Below are positions 31,501 through 39,910 of a stretch of DNA of 64,000 bases, piece by piece. Both the position numbers and the translations under genes were made by a program. The stretch covers positions 64,001 to 128,000 of the forward strand of contig JBEKYR010000006.1 of NCBI GenBank assembly GCA_049510745.1, given 5' to 3'. Source of the stretch: Verrucomicrobiota bacterium. GTDB taxonomy: Bacteria > Verrucomicrobiota > Verrucomicrobiia > Limisphaerales > Palsa-1400. Positions within the stretch are counted from its first letter, which is position 1; the number at the start of each line of letters is the position of its first letter. The notes beneath the pieces are model-generated. The model saw only the letters and a list, made by a program, of their open reading frames with translations, was not told the origin of the DNA and did not search any database.

Positions 31501-32008
31501 CCTGGCGGCGGGCGGCACGAATGTTATGAAAATCAACAAATCCTTGCAGACGAACGATCAATTGGCCGTCGCCGGCGCGCTCGGTTACGGCGGAAGCCTT
31601 GTGGTGACCAACCTGGCCGGCACGTTGGTGGCGGGGGACAGCTTCCCGTTGTTCAACGCCGGGAGCTACACCGGTTCGTTTGCCGGCCTTTCTCCGGCCA
31701 CGCCCGGTCCGGGGCTGATTTGGAACACCGGCACGCTCGCCGCCGACGGCACGTTGCGGGTCATGGCGGCGGGGCCGCCGGACTTTGGCAGCTTCGGCCT
31801 CTCGGGAACCAATTTTATCCTGAGTGTGACCGGCGGCCCGCCCGGTTCGCCCTATCGGGTGGTCACATCCACCAATTTGACCCTGCCGCTGACGAACTGG
31901 ACCCCGGTCTGGACCAACTCGTTTGACGCCAACGGAAACGGCCAGCCGCTTACCAACGCCTTGGACCCCGCGGCCCAGCAGCAATTCTTTGACATTTTGG
32001 TTCCGTGA
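25508..32008 (+). CDS. Giant secreted S53 (sedolisin/kumamolisin) protease with BACON-like domain, autotransporter-associated beta-strand repeats and two LamG-like domains
   Basis: Prodomain LAIGLPLRN; catalytic AEVPLDIE, ASGD, GGTSCATP; Ca site GYDLCTGWGTP; repeats KNGSGTLTLTASNTYTGATTVNLGTL; LamG NNWHFV/GLIDEVY twice. Confidence 0.88.
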   Translation: MFDFDCRPRGRIAAASAGREVWTALSALLLLLAVPFARAGERQVLRGHVPRAAAQSRAVRRLEETNVLRLAIGLPLRNQAKLDQLLQDLYDPASPNFRRYLEADEFAGRFGPTPQDYQAVLAFAGSNHLTVTAQHPNRMLVDVVGSVADIERAFHLKMQVYAHPTESREFYAPDGEPQLDLAVPVLHISGLDNYAAPRALCHEVTAPMRAAQAMPAAGSGPSGNYAGRDFRAAYAPGVTNTGVGQSVGLLEYQGYAASDILNYETNYSLPNVPLNNVLLDGIASITSDDGGAEVPLDIEMAISMAPGITQVIVYYGSVADDILNSMATANVAKQLSASWTFGIDATTLQIYQQFAAQGQSYFNASGDADAYTTSVPTPTDAPYITSVGGTFLSTTGPGGTWVSETVWNRGNGTGSSGGISLTYSIPLWQQGLSMDANQGSAFMRNIPDVAMVAENVWVLYNNGSSGAYGGTSCATPLWAGFIALVNQQAAANGQRPIGFINPTIYALGKSAGYSAAFHDITVGNNTLSTCPNKYYAVAGYDLCTGWGTPSGSKLLNTLALSAFNPLVVTPTNGLTVAGPQGGPLAPTSGTFTLANYGGSSLGWSLANTSSWFTVSPASGSLASGATANVTVTVAAAANSLTPGYYAANLLFTNKTNSAVLSRPLTIVVGLGLTWDSSAGGGAPQDGGGVWADESSANGATNWYNGVADSFWTNGNPDLAVFGANSGAAGTVTLGSAVTAAGITFATPGSGTYTIAGGGYTLTLNGNIAANTSAAISAPVTLGLPATFSAASGQTLAVSGLLSGAGGNNLTVIGPGAVNLTGQNNASPASGMAGTVTVSSGTLSLDGGGSLYGVLGNVAGITISSGATLTLLDNNDISGASGVPRNITLNGGALSDAGLNQAIGSLTLNGGTVSGNGGYNLNGDCFVTANTTLGAQNITMAANSTFYVNGAATLTFTGTMIGGGGLNFAGPGKMIMASANNTYTGTTTITGGTLQLGNGGAGGGVGPGPVVNTGLLQFNRSDNFSWTTPVTDPGNSGAFIKTNSDTVTLLSTNAFLATSGGAAQVNGGTLLLNTPGMLVCGGEYWVGENSTATSTINGGTLIVSNWIAVGRNSSTASGTLTLNSGSIQKFSTNGNIILGSLGGTGTMTVNGGSVSNTSAIYLGENSTGKGTLNLNGGLVQATQVTRAPSPGLSAILNLNGGTLQATANQPNFLAVDQASVQAGNVVLDDGGNAIVVNQVLLNGGGGGGLIKNGSGTLTLTASNTYTGATTVNLGTLRVSPDPVLHLSFDNVSGGTVLNDGTGGAAMNGVLTGAGAAIVSGGRYGKALSLNGAASYVVVSNKVTALDCNAGGASWTYAVWIKTATGGATYGYQGNGSWNSGEQTTFYLNNNGASAGGTKAGGVRYADNWLTGTKALNDNNWHFVVITVNSGTKTIYVDGAVDAKTGSTGWVAAGSTSANQFWIGGSPDTGDGDTYMNGLIDEVYVFARAISLAEVQSLMSSNKLGNHQVLPQATALTLAAGATLDMSSLSQTIGSLSGASGSSVLLAGGTNSSALTFGNSSNTTFAGTISGNGSVTKNGAGAITVSGVNTFTGPTAINAGTVSFGQSNNSNYVALLQPVLWLNFDQVGGGVVTNLGTGGAAMNGTIIGSGATIVGNGRYGNALSINGVGGSSFQNLVVVSNKVVQTDAGGSWTVALWIKTSEAGAAYLYQGDGGWDSGDTMYYLNSGSTASGGTRAGAVRYAGLWLTGTTALNNNAWHFITLVDTAGTESIYVDGKVDAVTATMNNPLASGANQVWIGGSADSGDGEAKFNGLIDEVYMFNRALSQTEITNLMANQNVDSITNHTGQLPAASPVSLAAAATLDLAGTSQNIASLSDLSGGGLVTNSSGTTAALVISNNTAATATFSGHINDASPANAISLSLSGNSTQVLAGASGYCGPTTISGGSLLVNGSLGTNTVTVNGGMLGGVGVINGPVFVQSGGTLITSPAAIGTFTFNAGLTLAAGGTNVMKINKSLQTNDQLAVAGALGYGGSLVVTNLAGTLVAGDSFPLFNAGSYTGSFAGLSPATPGPGLIWNTGTLAADGTLRVMAAGPPDFGSFGLSGTNFILSVTGGPPGSPYRVVTSTNLTLPLTNWTPVWTNSFDANGNGQPLTNALDPAAQQQFFDILVP

Positions 32009-32629
32009 AAAGTTTCAGATTGCAATTGAAAGCGAGATAGAGGATATTCAGGCAGGTCACCATGGCCGCAGGCTTTCAGCGGACTTTCCCAGTCTGCGAG
32101 GCATCTCGCGAGTCGTCGTGGCGTTATGAAGGCGCGGGTGCGATGCCCGCGCCGAATTGTTTGTTCCCGGAGGAGAATCAGGCTGGAGCGCCCGGTTTTC
32201 ATTAGACACCCAGGAAACTGAAATTGTCCTGGCGCGCGAAAATGTTGGTGGATTTGTCTTCAAGATTTTGCGCGAACAACCGATACCCATTGTGGAAGAC
32301 GCACCGGCCCTTGTGCGATTGTTCTTTGGAAAAGACACGGAATTTTACCCTGCCATGTTCGTGATTATTAACCTAGTCCTTGAACCGGAAATTAGTCCCA
32401 AGGGAGCCTTAACCTCGGTTGTGGCCGACAGACCTTGACTGGAAGTCGAAAGCAATCGACTCGGCTCTGCCTGTTCCTAAAAACGTTCAAAAGCACCGTT
32501 GGTACACGGCATTACGGCAGGGTGTTTTTTTGGGGGGGCTGATGTGAACTCAAGAATACCGGGAATCCGGGCGTTGGAGGGTTGTCTCAATTCTGCGATG
32601 GCAAGGCACCTGCTTCAAAGGGCTGCAAC

Positions 32630-33043
32630 ATGGAAGCTCAACCTGAACCGCTCCGCGGCAAGCGCATCCTGTTGGTGGAGGACGAACGATCCGTCCGGGA
32701 CACCCTCCAGCGACTCTTGCGTTGCGACAATCATACTGTCATCGAGGCCAACAACGGGGCCGAAGCTTTGGGCCTGTTTACTCAAAATCGATTTGATGTA
32801 GTGCTGACCGACTACGTCATGCCCTTCATCACTGGCAGCGAACTGGCCGCTCGCATCAAGCGGTTGGTGCCCGACCAGCCGATCCTCATGATCACGGGAT
32901 ACGAACTGAGGCCCAGCCGGCACAATCCCGTCGAGAGGATATTGCGAAAACCGTTCGACCTTGACGACTTGCGGTCCGCCCTGGTGGAAGTCATGCGGTC
33001 GAAAAACTCGAATCCATTGGCTTGCAACGATTTAGGGAGGTGA
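32630..33043 (+). CDS. Single-domain response regulator (CheY-like)
   Basis: ILLVEDE, LTDYVMP, MITG, KPF; start set at ATG 32630. Confidence 0.88.
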   Translation: MEAQPEPLRGKRILLVEDERSVRDTLQRLLRCDNHTVIEANNGAEALGLFTQNRFDVVLTDYVMPFITGSELAARIKRLVPDQPILMITGYELRPSRHNPVERILRKPFDLDDLRSALVEVMRSKNSNPLACNDLGR

Positions 33044-33114
33044 ACCAAGACTTGATGATTGAAATGAGTTGTGAATAAGCTGTTGCTCCGGCGGTTTACG
33101 GCTATTATAGGAAA

Positions 33115-34977
33115 TCAAGCTGTCTCCGCCATCAGCCGCTTTTCCGCTTCCTCGTTCCCCAGCTTGTGGCGCACCCGCATCACGGAAACCCCGACCACCG
33201 GCGGATAGGCTTGGTCGGCTTTCATCCGCGGCTCCACGTATTCGATCACTTCAAAGAGAAGTTTATTGGCCGACGTGTAATCCAGGCCTGTGAGCCGCTG
33301 GATGTAGCGTGTCGAGCGGTCGATGAGCTTGAGGTTGCTCGGCACAACCCAGATCATGTAATTGCCCATCACTCTGCCCAACCGCACCATCGTGCAGGTT
33401 GAGAGCGCGTTGAGCATCATCTTCAGCCCCGCCCTCGTGACCCCATCCAGCAGGAAGTCTGTCTTCGGCACGGGCGCCAGCACGGCCACGCACTTCGGAT
33501 TCCACCTGGCCAAAAAATCATTGATCTTCTTGAATGTATCCTTTTGCCCAACGTAGATCACCCCGGCTTGGGCGCCGGCCCTTTGCGCGGCCTCCAGTTG
33601 CTTCCGGACAAATCCCTTCGCCGAGAGCAACGATTCCTGCTCGGTCTCTGAAACAATTCCCACCGCGCTGTCACCCTTGCCCAGCGGCCGGTGCTTCAGT
33701 CCATCCAGCCCCACCTTGAAGCGCATCAACTCCGCCGCGCTGATTTTACGCACAATCTCGTTGGTGCGCGCCACTTTGTCCTCGCTCACCAGCGCGCGCA
33801 CTTCAGGCTCGCTCCATTCCACGCACTTGGGTTGGCGCTTGAGGATCCGCACCCACGCCTTCGGCGTCTGCGCGCAAGGCATGAACAAAAACGACCATGA
33901 CTCCGTGGCCGCCGGGTCGTCGAACTTGCGGAACGGCGGCGAGCAATACGTGGGCGAGCGCTCGGTCGTGTCCGTCAGCACATCTATCCCAAACCGGTCG
34001 GCAAAGTAACTGTTCTTGTGCCCGGACCGGTAAACGGATTCCTCCAGCGAAACCGCTTTCGCAAGCTGCGCGCGAAATTCTTGCGACCTCAGGCTGCCAT
34101 GCATCTCCGTCAACCGCTGCAGAAACTCCGCCGGCACCGTCGCCGAGTCCAATGAGCCGGGGCCTTTGGGATCAAGCTCCTTCATCAGATCGCGCAACAC
34201 CATCTCCAACACCGTCAGCAGCACACACAGTTGGATCGTCGTCGCTTGCATCCGCGTCGAGCCGGTGATCGACATCGGCCCGGTCGTCAGGTTGATCTTC
34301 CCGATGCGCGCCTCCTGGATCACCTCCCGGCTTCGCTGGACGTGTCGGCACAAAATGTCATCCGGGTTGTTATACACGAAATAGACTTTCGCCCCCGCTT
34401 CCAGACCTTTCCAGGCCGTGCCGATGACAAACGACGTCTCCCCGCCCTCGGTGATGGCAAACACCACGTCTCTGGCTCCCACTCCCAAATCCCCAATCTG
34501 CTTCTTGCCAAACTCTGTGAAGTCCTCAAACCCTTCCACTGACTTGACGAGCGCGAAATCCCCGCCCGCCATGACGCTGAACGCGCGGTGCTCGAACTCC
34601 TCCGGCTTGGGCGAACTGGCCAGTCCCCGCGCCCGCTGCTGCTGCCAGAAATCGCGCCAGATGGAAACCAATTGGATGCTCAGGCGCCCGGTCGAGCCGC
34701 ACCCGGTGAAAAACAGCTTCCCCCCGCGGCGCAACGACCGCAGCATCGCTTCCTTGATGCCTGCCGCCCGGCCCGATTCGGCGAACTCCTTATACTTGCG
34801 CACCACGTCGCCATCCGCCTCGAACAGCAGCCCCAGTGCCGCGCTCACGTCGCCCCTGGCTGTTTCGCTCAGGTTGGCGGTGACAGGGTGGGAGGACTCG
34901 GTCGTCAGGACGCCGAGCTGAAATTGATCGCTGATTTTGAGAAATTCATCTGATCGGCGGTTGGATGTTTCGCTCAT
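33115..34977 (-). CDS. SIS-domain protein, MurQ / glucokinase-regulatory-protein-like
   Basis: TGCGSTGRLS, VEGFED, TEGGETSFVIG, GSTRMQA, KMMLNALST, GRVMGNYM..V.PSNLKLIDR. Confidence 0.78.
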   Translation of the reverse strand: MSETSNRRSDEFLKISDQFQLGVLTTESSHPVTANLSETARGDVSAALGLLFEADGDVVRKYKEFAESGRAAGIKEAMLRSLRRGGKLFFTGCGSTGRLSIQLVSIWRDFWQQQRARGLASSPKPEEFEHRAFSVMAGGDFALVKSVEGFEDFTEFGKKQIGDLGVGARDVVFAITEGGETSFVIGTAWKGLEAGAKVYFVYNNPDDILCRHVQRSREVIQEARIGKINLTTGPMSITGSTRMQATTIQLCVLLTVLEMVLRDLMKELDPKGPGSLDSATVPAEFLQRLTEMHGSLRSQEFRAQLAKAVSLEESVYRSGHKNSYFADRFGIDVLTDTTERSPTYCSPPFRKFDDPAATESWSFLFMPCAQTPKAWVRILKRQPKCVEWSEPEVRALVSEDKVARTNEIVRKISAAELMRFKVGLDGLKHRPLGKGDSAVGIVSETEQESLLSAKGFVRKQLEAAQRAGAQAGVIYVGQKDTFKKINDFLARWNPKCVAVLAPVPKTDFLLDGVTRAGLKMMLNALSTCTMVRLGRVMGNYMIWVVPSNLKLIDRSTRYIQRLTGLDYTSANKLLFEVIEYVEPRMKADQAYPPVVGVSVMRVRHKLGNEEAEKRLMAETA

Positions 34978-35016
34978 AAAGGCTGGATTATTGTTGGGGG
35001 TCTTGGTTGCCGGACA

Positions 35017-35553
35017 CTACTTCATCTTTGACCTGAGCTTGATCTTTTCACCGGCAATCATGAAATTGCCGCGTCCAAGATGATGAATCGTCCGCGGGTT
35101 TTTCACGGCGGGGTCGATCCATGCTTTGACGACTTCAAGAACAAACAAGCAATAGCTGGCCACCATCCTTGTGTCGGCCACCCGGCATTCGAGATTGGCA
35201 TAGCATTCCTCGATGAGAGGCGCGCCAACTCGCGCGGCCGGCTTGGGCGTGAGGCCAAACGTCTTGAACTTGTCCGTGTTCGCGCCCGACGTATTGCCGC
35301 AGCCCACGACCTTTTCCGCTATCTCCACTGTGGGGATGTTAATGACACATTCATTGGTTGCCTGCAACAGGCCGAAGGAATAGTTGCGATTGCTGATGAC
35401 GCAACCCACCAGCGGCGGCTCAAACTCGATCATGGTGTGCCACGACATGGTCATGATGTTGGGGCGCCCGGCGCGCGCCGTCGTGACCATGACGACCGGC
35501 CCCGGCTCGAGCAAGCCATAGACCTTGGACAGAGGAAAGGATTTCTTAGCCAT
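35017..35553 (-). CDS. Flavin reductase family protein
   Basis: GPVVMVT, NIMTMSW, CGNTSG...DKF, APLIEECYANLEC. Confidence 0.88.
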   Translation of the reverse strand: MAKKSFPLSKVYGLLEPGPVVMVTTARAGRPNIMTMSWHTMIEFEPPLVGCVISNRNYSFGLLQATNECVINIPTVEIAEKVVGCGNTSGANTDKFKTFGLTPKPAARVGAPLIEECYANLECRVADTRMVASYCLFVLEVVKAWIDPAVKNPRTIHHLGRGNFMIAGEKIKLRSKMK

Positions 35554-35700
35554 GTTGGTTCTGCGTTTCGAGAACAATTGACCTCGTCATTCGCCGCCCC
35601 AAATGCCTGATTAATATCTGTCGCCGTCAGCACCCAAAATCAAGCCTTTAACGCGATTATCTCCAACCGGCGCGGCGCGTCACCTCCTCATTTGCCCCGC

Positions 35701-35745
35701 ACATGCCCAGAATTATTTCTCTGCCGCGCGGTAGCGATACTTCAT
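35701..35745 (-). pseudogene. Stub of a translationally coupled toxin-like gene (MKYRYRAAEK*FW)
   Basis: ATG overlaps the upstream TGA (ATGA); TAA after 10 codons; start resembles a RelE/ParE N-terminus. Confidence 0.4.
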
Positions 35746-35939
35746 TGCAAGCGCGCGGGCGGCGTCTCGAATAAGGCTGTTTCCATGTCCACGCAACGCC
35801 CCGCTTCGGCATCCTTCATTGCTTCCTTGAATTCATCTGGAATCCAGGAATCATCCTGTTCGACAACGAATTTGGCCACCGCAGCCCGCTCCATCGGAGG
35901 CAGCGATTTAATCTGTTCAATGATTTCCTGTGCGCTCAT
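35742..35939 (-). CDS. Small acidic protein, putative antitoxin / addiction-module component
   Basis: MSAQEIIEQIKSLPPMERAAV...EFKEAMKDAEAGR pattern, 65 aa. Confidence 0.6.
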   Translation of the reverse strand: MSAQEIIEQIKSLPPMERAAVAKFVVEQDDSWIPDEFKEAMKDAEAGRCVDMETALFETPPARLQ

Positions 35940-36092
35940 GCCTTTGAATACTATACGCAAAATTCCGTTAAAATGCGCTTTCAAAGTGACCACAGACATG
36001 GATTCAGGATAGTTTCAGACCGTTTGAACCGCAAGAGATTTGACGCTCTTTTTATCGGCACAGGTTTTCCCGCTACGCGTTCCGGTGTTGCC

Positions 36093-36216
36093 TGTCCTCC
36101 GACTTGTCCCGCCATAGCGCCCAGCGCGACGGCGGAAGCCTTGGCGAAGGCGGACCTTTCCCGCCGTCTTGTCCGCCGAAGTTTTAACAGAGGCGGAAGT
36201 CTTGACGAAGGCGGAT
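36093..36216. repeat. Tandem REP-like palindromic units
   Basis: Two related units, each TGTCC(C)GCC ... GGCGGAAG(C/T)CTTG(G/A)CGAAGGCGGA, at 36105-36154 and 36170-36215. Confidence 0.7.
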
Positions 36217-36444
36217 CCCCAGAATTGCGCCCCGGCTGCCCTCGCAACCCTGGGGCCAATGCCGCCACCACCAGGGAGGGCTTGCGCCATTGGAATCATT
36301 CCGCTTCGCTCCATTATGGGCATCCGTGCCAGAAACCCAACCAGTCACACAACACGGTTGTCGCAAATAAAGTATTGCGAATTGGCTTGGAATTTGCCAA
36401 GCTGTGACGCTGTGGAAGCAAAATCGGTCTCCATTTCACTTCGA

Positions 36445-36954
36445 GTGGTAAAAACGATTATTTTCGGCGTCGCTGTCTCGTGCTCACTTATGGCGCTCGC
36501 CGGATGTTCGAGGCAAGCGTTGCCAAAGCCAATTGTTTCCGGCGTGAACCAAAACGATTCTGAGAAAGCATTAGCTCAACGTTACGGTTGCCCCGTGCTG
36601 GGATGTCCGAAATCTGACTGTTATTCAATTCAAATTCAGCAAATGCTGGCCACGAGCAATCGTTTTGTAGCAGAGGGATGGTTGTTAGACGTGGCTGAGT
36701 CGCATGGCAGTGTGGAAGCCGTGTTTGATCTTCCCATTATGGCAGGCGTAGGCAACAAGTGCATTGCAAGGCTTGAATGTCCAACGAATTTGGTTGCAAC
36801 ATTAACGTCCGTCCAAAGGGAGGGATGGTGCTTCGTGTTTGATGCTGGTGAAAACAGCCAAGACTTGATCCCAAGCAAAGACAACGATGAGCCTTTCGCC
36901 GTGGAAAGCCTGTTGACAATCAAGGGCAAATTGATTGACGCAGTGATTTGGTGA
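36445..36954 (+). CDS. Hypothetical lipoprotein
   Basis: KTIIFGVAVSCSLMALAGC lipobox; start set at GTG 36445. Confidence 0.6.
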   Translation: MVKTIIFGVAVSCSLMALAGCSRQALPKPIVSGVNQNDSEKALAQRYGCPVLGCPKSDCYSIQIQQMLATSNRFVAEGWLLDVAESHGSVEAVFDLPIMAGVGNKCIARLECPTNLVATLTSVQREGWCFVFDAGENSQDLIPSKDNDEPFAVESLLTIKGKLIDAVIW

Positions 36955-36975
36955 TGTTACCGACCGACTCAGCGT

Positions 36976-37368
36976 ATGGATGACGACACCCGCGAAGCCA
37001 ACAGAAAGTCGCGTATCGAAAGCATAGGCAAGGGCTGGCTCCGAAATCGAATCACCGTGGAGCAGGCCGAAGCCAAGCACCTGGTCGATTTTAGTTTGGG
37101 AGACGACGCAAGCGAAGCCGCGCAACGGCTGCACGCACGCCGGTTGCAACTAGCCCGCGCCGGAGGGCTTCGCTTGGACGGGAAACCGGTTCCTTTCGGG
37201 CTTGGGAATCGTCAATGGCACGAATTTCTTGCTTCCATGCAAGAAGGCGATGAACTGTGGGAGTTTTGCAGTTCAGAATTTTCATGGGAGCACTTGGCTG
37301 GCCGGGCAGGAATTGCGCTCGTTCGCAACGGCGAAATCTTTGACTGTATGCTTACGTCGATGAGTTAA
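36976..37368 (+). CDS. Hypothetical protein
   Basis: 130-aa ORF, GDELWEF...SW..LAGRAGIALVRNG motif. Confidence 0.65.
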   Translation: MDDDTREANRKSRIESIGKGWLRNRITVEQAEAKHLVDFSLGDDASEAAQRLHARRLQLARAGGLRLDGKPVPFGLGNRQWHEFLASMQEGDELWEFCSSEFSWEHLAGRAGIALVRNGEIFDCMLTSMS

Positions 37369-37450
37369 GATAAGCTGTCATTCTCTTGGGGAAACTGGCT
37401 CGTTGGTGGATTGAAGCATTGGATTCCCCTATTGCGGCCTTTGCACCCGA

Positions 37451-38485
37451 CTAAAGTCCCAGTTTTCGCAGCTCAACTTCCAGTGCAGCTTGAAATTCCT
37501 GCAAATCGGCAGCAGGAGGTTTGTATCCCTTTGGGGGCACCAAGCCCAAACGGCCCGCTTCATCCAAAATCCATTCAGCCAATCTACCATCGCTGAAACT
37601 GACTTTGCCGCTAAGGAGGGCACCCGGACGCGCCAACGGGTCTATGCTAATGCTCATTTTGGCGCCTGGGGCATCAGCCGGAAACAGGGACAACTCTTTC
37701 TGGTATTCGGGACGCAAACCCTCTGCCGAATACTTCTCAACCTCATATCGAAGATGTTCGTCAAAGAACTGCTCCGGGAACTTCTCATGGCACTGGAGGA
37801 AATACAGAACGATGCGGTTTAATAAGAGAGCCGGAATCCTCTCACCTCGTCGCTCGGATGCGTCACGGAATGCTTTGCAAACACGGGAGTAAACTTCAAT
37901 GATCTTTTCGTCGGACATCGTCATCGAAGGAGCGCAGCCTTGTGCGGCTGCAATCCTACGGAAGCCGCTGATGATAACAGTGCCCCCCGAATCGAGAGCG
38001 GCCTCCAAAACGCTGCCTGATCTTGGTGCCTTTTCCTCAACTTGGATTGGAACCTTGGTTTGGCCTTGTTCATCTGCCGCTGCCTTTCCTTCCACCTGTT
38101 TGAAGCCCCAGCCGCATTCCTCAAAAGCAACTTCCAAGGGATTTTTTAAAACCGTCCACGCTAGGGAAAGCTCACTTGCGAATTTTGCACGGGCTGCCAA
38201 ACTGACTAAACCATCCAGGACCATAGCGCACATGGCGAACCTTTGGATATCTGAGAGCGTTCTAAACTCAGGAATCCAGTCAGCAAGATTTTTGTCGCCT
38301 ATCGTTTTGGGCAAGAGCCAGCCAACAACAGCGCGTTTGACGAATATCTTGGCGGTGGCAGTCCCGACGCTGACAACCAAGACTTCGCCAGAGGGAATTA
38401 CGAGAGTGGCAACACGCCCGGTCTCGTAATGGCGTAAGACTGAACCATGCTTTGCACAGAGGGTCTTGGCTTCCTCGGTTGTCAT
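37451..38485 (-). CDS. Hypothetical multi-domain protein
   Basis: Long ORF; ATG 38485 preceded by GGAAGGAAG. Confidence 0.65.
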   Translation of the reverse strand: MTTEEAKTLCAKHGSVLRHYETGRVATLVIPSGEVLVVSVGTATAKIFVKRAVVGWLLPKTIGDKNLADWIPEFRTLSDIQRFAMCAMVLDGLVSLAARAKFASELSLAWTVLKNPLEVAFEECGWGFKQVEGKAAADEQGQTKVPIQVEEKAPRSGSVLEAALDSGGTVIISGFRRIAAAQGCAPSMTMSDEKIIEVYSRVCKAFRDASERRGERIPALLLNRIVLYFLQCHEKFPEQFFDEHLRYEVEKYSAEGLRPEYQKELSLFPADAPGAKMSISIDPLARPGALLSGKVSFSDGRLAEWILDEAGRLGLVPPKGYKPPAADLQEFQAALEVELRKLGL

Positions 38486-38706
38486 GCGCTTCCTTCCGCA
38501 TCGGTCCGTGCCACTTCCCGGACGAGTTGCACGCAGGCAGGGTCTTCGGGATTTGGCAGGTTTGGAAAAACCAGCGAGTAAACGCCAATCGCGCAAACAT
38601 CGCCAGCACGATACCAACGCACGCCCTGGACCAGACAATGGAGGAGGCAAGCGAACAAGCCGACTTCAAGTAATGTGGGATGCGCGTCCATCGCCTCAAT
38701 TACCCG

Positions 38707-39183
38707 TTATTTCACGCCCAAGTCCTTCTTTGCTAGTGACCGAATCTCGAGAAGGGCCCGCTTGTATGCCTCAAAGTCCGAATACATTATCTCGAACATC
38801 GAGGTCCTCCCGCCGTCCGGGTCAAGCCTGGGGCGCGCTTCGAGCGTCGCCAGAACAGCGGCCACCTCGTCCGAAACAATGTAGGCCCCAATGCCTGTAG
38901 CTTTCCGCAATTCTAGGTACGCCCTATGACATTCGTCGCCCAACTCCTTCTGGCGTTCCTCGCTGTACCGCACCCCCTGCTCAACATCGGCCATCGTGGA
39001 GCAGTACTCCACAAGTGCGTGCAAGGCATCCACAATTCGGGAGTACGCTTCCGCCTTCCTCTCCCACCAACGCTCTGCGCGGTAACGCCTCAGCGCCAGC
39101 CTCACGGAAATAATCGCCGTGCAGACGCCGACAACTATCGACGGCACAGCGTTGGTCAAGAAGATTGAGAGCCATTGGAGCAT
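38707..39183 (-). CDS. Hypothetical protein with an N-terminal TM helix
   Basis: Hydrophobic N-terminus, then ERWWERKAEAY helical domain. Confidence 0.7.
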   Translation of the reverse strand: MLQWLSIFLTNAVPSIVVGVCTAIISVRLALRRYRAERWWERKAEAYSRIVDALHALVEYCSTMADVEQGVRYSEERQKELGDECHRAYLELRKATGIGAYIVSDEVAAVLATLEARPRLDPDGGRTSMFEIMYSDFEAYKRALLEIRSLAKKDLGVK

Positions 39184-39503
39184 AACTCAGGCGATATTCC
39201 GACGATCTCAAAAGATTCACGTTTCATTTGCCGCCGAAGATGTCACCGCCAGCACCCAAAGTCAAACCTCTAGCGCGCTTACCACGTAGTGGGGCGAACA
39301 CCGCAGGGGCGGCGTCTCGGACTATCCATCGTTCAATTCCATCGGGTCATAGTTCATCTTCAATTTGGTTAGGGACTCTTTTGCCCAGCGACAAATCAAC
39401 TTGCCCGGCAGGCTGAATCTGGCATAGTGGATTGGCCAGCAGTCGGAAAAGTCAGAGTGGCGGGAGCAAAAAGTGCGATTTCGCCAATAAAATCAACGCG
39501 CGC

Positions 39504-39593
39504 GGAAGGGTGGCTGAGTGGTTGAAGGCACCTGACTCGAAATCAGGCTTAGGGGAAACCCTAACGTGGGTTCGAATCCCACCCCTTCCGCCA
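39504..39593 (+). tRNA. tRNA-Ser(CGA)
   Basis: Acceptor GGAAGGG/CCCTTCC, G discriminator, encoded CCA; anticodon arm CCTGA-CTCGAAA-TCAGG; long variable arm; GTTCGAATCC. Confidence 0.96.
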
Positions 39594-39697
39594 ATTTTCT
39601 CTAATCGCAATCATCATCAGAACTACTTTAAAAATCGTGTCTGATTGCATGTGCCAAATTCATGGAAACCGTCGATTCTATCGGTGTTTCTTGACAT

Positions 39698-39728
39698 TTG
39701 AGCGGGTGAATGGAATCGCGCTTTCGTC
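39698..39728 (-). repeat. Degenerate copy of a tRNA-Gly 3' end (inner att-like site)
   Basis: 25 of 31 nt identical to 53020-53050, same orientation. Confidence 0.7.
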
Positions 39729-39910
39729 ACTCTCCCGCAACTGTTTCGCGCGCTCTCAGCGGAGCCGGTAAAACCGCGGCGGCAATGACAGGAAATTGCT
39801 TTTCACAGGGTCGCCGGTTTATGGACGCTGCGCGGGTGATCCCCACCATCAGTCGCGTGTTGAATTGGGCCGGGGCGTTGACCATCGTGGCGCCAGCATA
39901 CACCGCCGCG

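Noticed and set aside
33115..34977. Gene symbol murQ
   Set aside because: About twice the MurQ length; orthology cannot be shown from sequence alone.
36169..36444. N-terminal extension of the 261-aa ORF
   Set aside because: It runs through the REP-like repeats; the lipoprotein signal points to a start near 36445.
36954..37450. Integron cassette array
   Set aside because: No attC-like palindromes or integron integrase, and gene orientation is mixed.
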